DNA of 64,000 nt from an uncultured virus (IMG/VR IMGVR_UViG_3300004805_000005) (lineage: Duplodnaviria; Heunggongvirae; Uroviricota; Caudoviricetes), in the IMG/VR virus record IMGVR_UViG_3300004805_000005. One strand, written 5' to 3'. Made by a program: the position numbers and the translations under genes. Positions 62,463-64,000 of this stretch are shown piece after piece. The stretch's first letter is position 1, and each line of letters opens with the position of its first letter. The notes beneath the pieces are model-generated. The model was not told where the DNA came from. It searched no databases and worked only from the letters and a program-made list of their open reading frames with translations.

Positions 62463-63349
62463 TATTTTCCATAAATCGATGTATTGCTATCAGAGTGCTT
62501 TTCATAATCCCAGATACGATCTGATTCTTTTTCAACATTCTGATCATATTTCTTTAGATTTTCTGGAAAGTTGGTTCCAGCGGAAAGTTTACCATACATC
62601 GTTTCGTCAGATACTTGATAGCTTCCTGGTTCTCGTGGAGCATCTGGTTGATAACTATAGTCGAATCTCTTAGCATGTAGAATCCATACATAATGGCCCT
62701 GTAACATATTGAAGTTCATAGTCATATTTTCGTCACGTTTTTCTGTTATCTCATATATAGATGCACCACGTACTAATTTTTCAAAAGTAGCTACATCATT
62801 ATAAGATGAATAGAAATTAGTATCTGTCTTGCAATTAAAGGTACTCACACCCGCAACTAATCCATCATCACATATCATTTTTAGAGGATCATTAGCAGCT
62901 AATCCAGAACAAGTGCTAGTTTCACTTACTAATAGATTTAAATCATCAACACTTCCCGGACGATCCCAGCCTAGTTCTGTTAAACGAACTAGATCACCTG
63001 CTTTTGGTTCTACTGTATTGCTATTGAATGCAGCCCTAAATGCCAATATTGGAACGATAAATGTTACGTCAGCATCAGTACGAATTCCAAACTTTGCCAA
63101 CAGAAGAGAATCATTATTGAACTGAGCCATCATAAGCATTGGTTTAGGCCCAACGAAAGGAGCTAATGGCTGTTCCCCATAAAAGGAATCATGAGCACTA
63201 AGACTATAATCATACACATAATAATCAATATATGTACCATATAATTGATTTAACTCGTTCCACCAACTCTGAAACAATCTTCTTTCATTTTCATTAGTTG
63301 ATTTACGATTAAGTCTTAATCCTGTAGGTGTTCCGGTTCCGCACTTCAT
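62459..63349 (-). CDS. gp14-like neck protein
   Basis: YG...DSFYGE, LAKFGIRTDADVTF and EPKAGDLV. Confidence 0.7.
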   Translation of the reverse strand: MKCGTGTPTGLRLNRKSTNENERRLFQSWWNELNQLYGTYIDYYVYDYSLSAHDSFYGEQPLAPFVGPKPMLMMAQFNNDSLLLAKFGIRTDADVTFIVPILAFRAAFNSNTVEPKAGDLVRLTELGWDRPGSVDDLNLLVSETSTCSGLAANDPLKMICDDGLVAGVSTFNCKTDTNFYSSYNDVATFEKLVRGASIYEITEKRDENMTMNFNMLQGHYVWILHAKRFDYSYQPDAPREPGSYQVSDETMYGKLSAGTNFPENLKKYDQNVEKESDRIWDYEKHSDSNTSIYGKY

Positions 63350-63822
63350 CTTCCTTGTATTCCTTTTATGATTTTAGCATGACCTCTGCCAAATGGACTT
63401 CTCTTCTTGTATTTTTGTTTTCCACGATGGGGTTTAAACAAATAAAACATTCCTGGTTTGTATCGAATCATTTGAATTCCGGTTGATCCTAAGTGCTTCA
63501 TGGGTTTAGCGTCATTTGGTATAATAAACTTATACTTCTTGGCAATATCTAGAATTTCTTTCTTAGATAATCTCCAAACTCCCATAGGGGCTTTCTTAGC
63601 AATATCAACGGTTCGGCTACTCATGTCCATTCCCTTGATCATATTAGCCAATCCAGCAGGTATCATGTTGGTTTTTTGTACCTTATGAACATCTGGCACT
63701 TGATGCAAATTTTTACGATTTAATCCTCTATTCTTGAATCTATGAGAATTCATCGTATCTCTTACTTTGATCTTTCCTAATTTTTTTGCATCTTCCCTAA
63801 TAAAATCTAAGAAGTTTTCCAT
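63346..63822 (-). CDS. Hypothetical basic protein
   Basis: 158-aa Lys/Arg-rich ORF with GGAG SD. Confidence 0.6.
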   Translation of the reverse strand: MENFLDFIREDAKKLGKIKVRDTMNSHRFKNRGLNRKNLHQVPDVHKVQKTNMIPAGLANMIKGMDMSSRTVDIAKKAPMGVWRLSKKEILDIAKKYKFIIPNDAKPMKHLGSTGIQMIRYKPGMFYLFKPHRGKQKYKKRSPFGRGHAKIIKGIQGR

Positions 63823-63998
63823 AAGTCTCCCATCACTTTATTAATCTTCGGAACATCAGATAATTCTAATTCTCCCTTATCATCTAAAATAGATTCTAGT
63901 TTCTTTATAAATCTGATATAATAATATTTTTCTAATAATTTATATAAAATATTTTCTGGTAATTGATTTTTAGATCCATATATTTGAATCTCTTGTGG
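63807..63998 (-). CDS. 3' end of a hypothetical gene entering from outside the window
   Basis: Open frame PQEIQIYGSKNQLPENILYK...MGDLWKTS* on the minus strand. Confidence 0.45.
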   Translation of the reverse strand, partial: PQEIQIYGSKNQLPENILYKLLEKYYYIRFIKKLESILDDKGELELSDVPKINKVMGDLWKTS

Positions 63999-64000
63999 GG

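Noticed and set aside
868..63688. Many antisense or nested ORFs in the track (e.g. 12955-13494, 21254-21697, 40569-41066, 49711-50235, 56780-57298)
   Set aside because: They lie opposite or within well-supported genes, lack motifs and SD sites, and look like shadow ORFs.
1..64000. Stop-codon reassignment
   Set aside because: Conserved genes are full-length in the standard code, and TAA, TAG and TGA all end tightly coupled genes; the breaks found have local explanations.
1..64000. tRNA or rRNA genes
   Set aside because: No cloverleaf or T-loop signature recognised in the few intergenic gaps by eye; tRNAscan-SE would be needed to exclude them formally.

Overview
A 64-kb, AT-rich, gene-dense segment of a large T4-like (myovirus) phage read in the standard bacterial code. 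The left-centre block (+ strand) carries replication, recombination and transcription genes: uvsY, uvsW, gp55 late sigma, gp47/gp46, class II nrdJ, family-B polymerase, uvsX, gp41 helicase, gp32 SSB and a clamp-like gene. The right block (mostly - strand) carries baseplate, tape-measure, tube, sheath and neck genes. Most notable: (1) three essential genes are invaded by selfish elements in three different ways: an intein in the late sigma factor, nrdJ fractured by a Vsr-like endonuclease and rejoined by a split intein, and DNA polymerase fractured in the fingers domain by an HNH gene with no intein or intron and with its own promoter for the C-half. (2) Both free-standing endonucleases, and probably tnpB, are gated by a late promoter embedded in an RBS-sequestering hairpin, and in both fractured genes that promoter supplies the stop codon of the N-half. 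(3) A 10-gene glycan-building operon (glycosyltransferases, NDP-sugar epimerase, two methyltransferases, a minimal two-piece transketolase) sits between gp47 and gp46; this is my best candidate for an undescribed modification system. (4) There is a probable -1 frameshift tail-chaperone pair upstream of the tape measure gene. (5) A family of late proteins carries capsid-targeting-like N-termini, including a methyltransferase. (6) There are IS607/TnpB remnants. All calls come from motif recognition by eye; no database searches were run.
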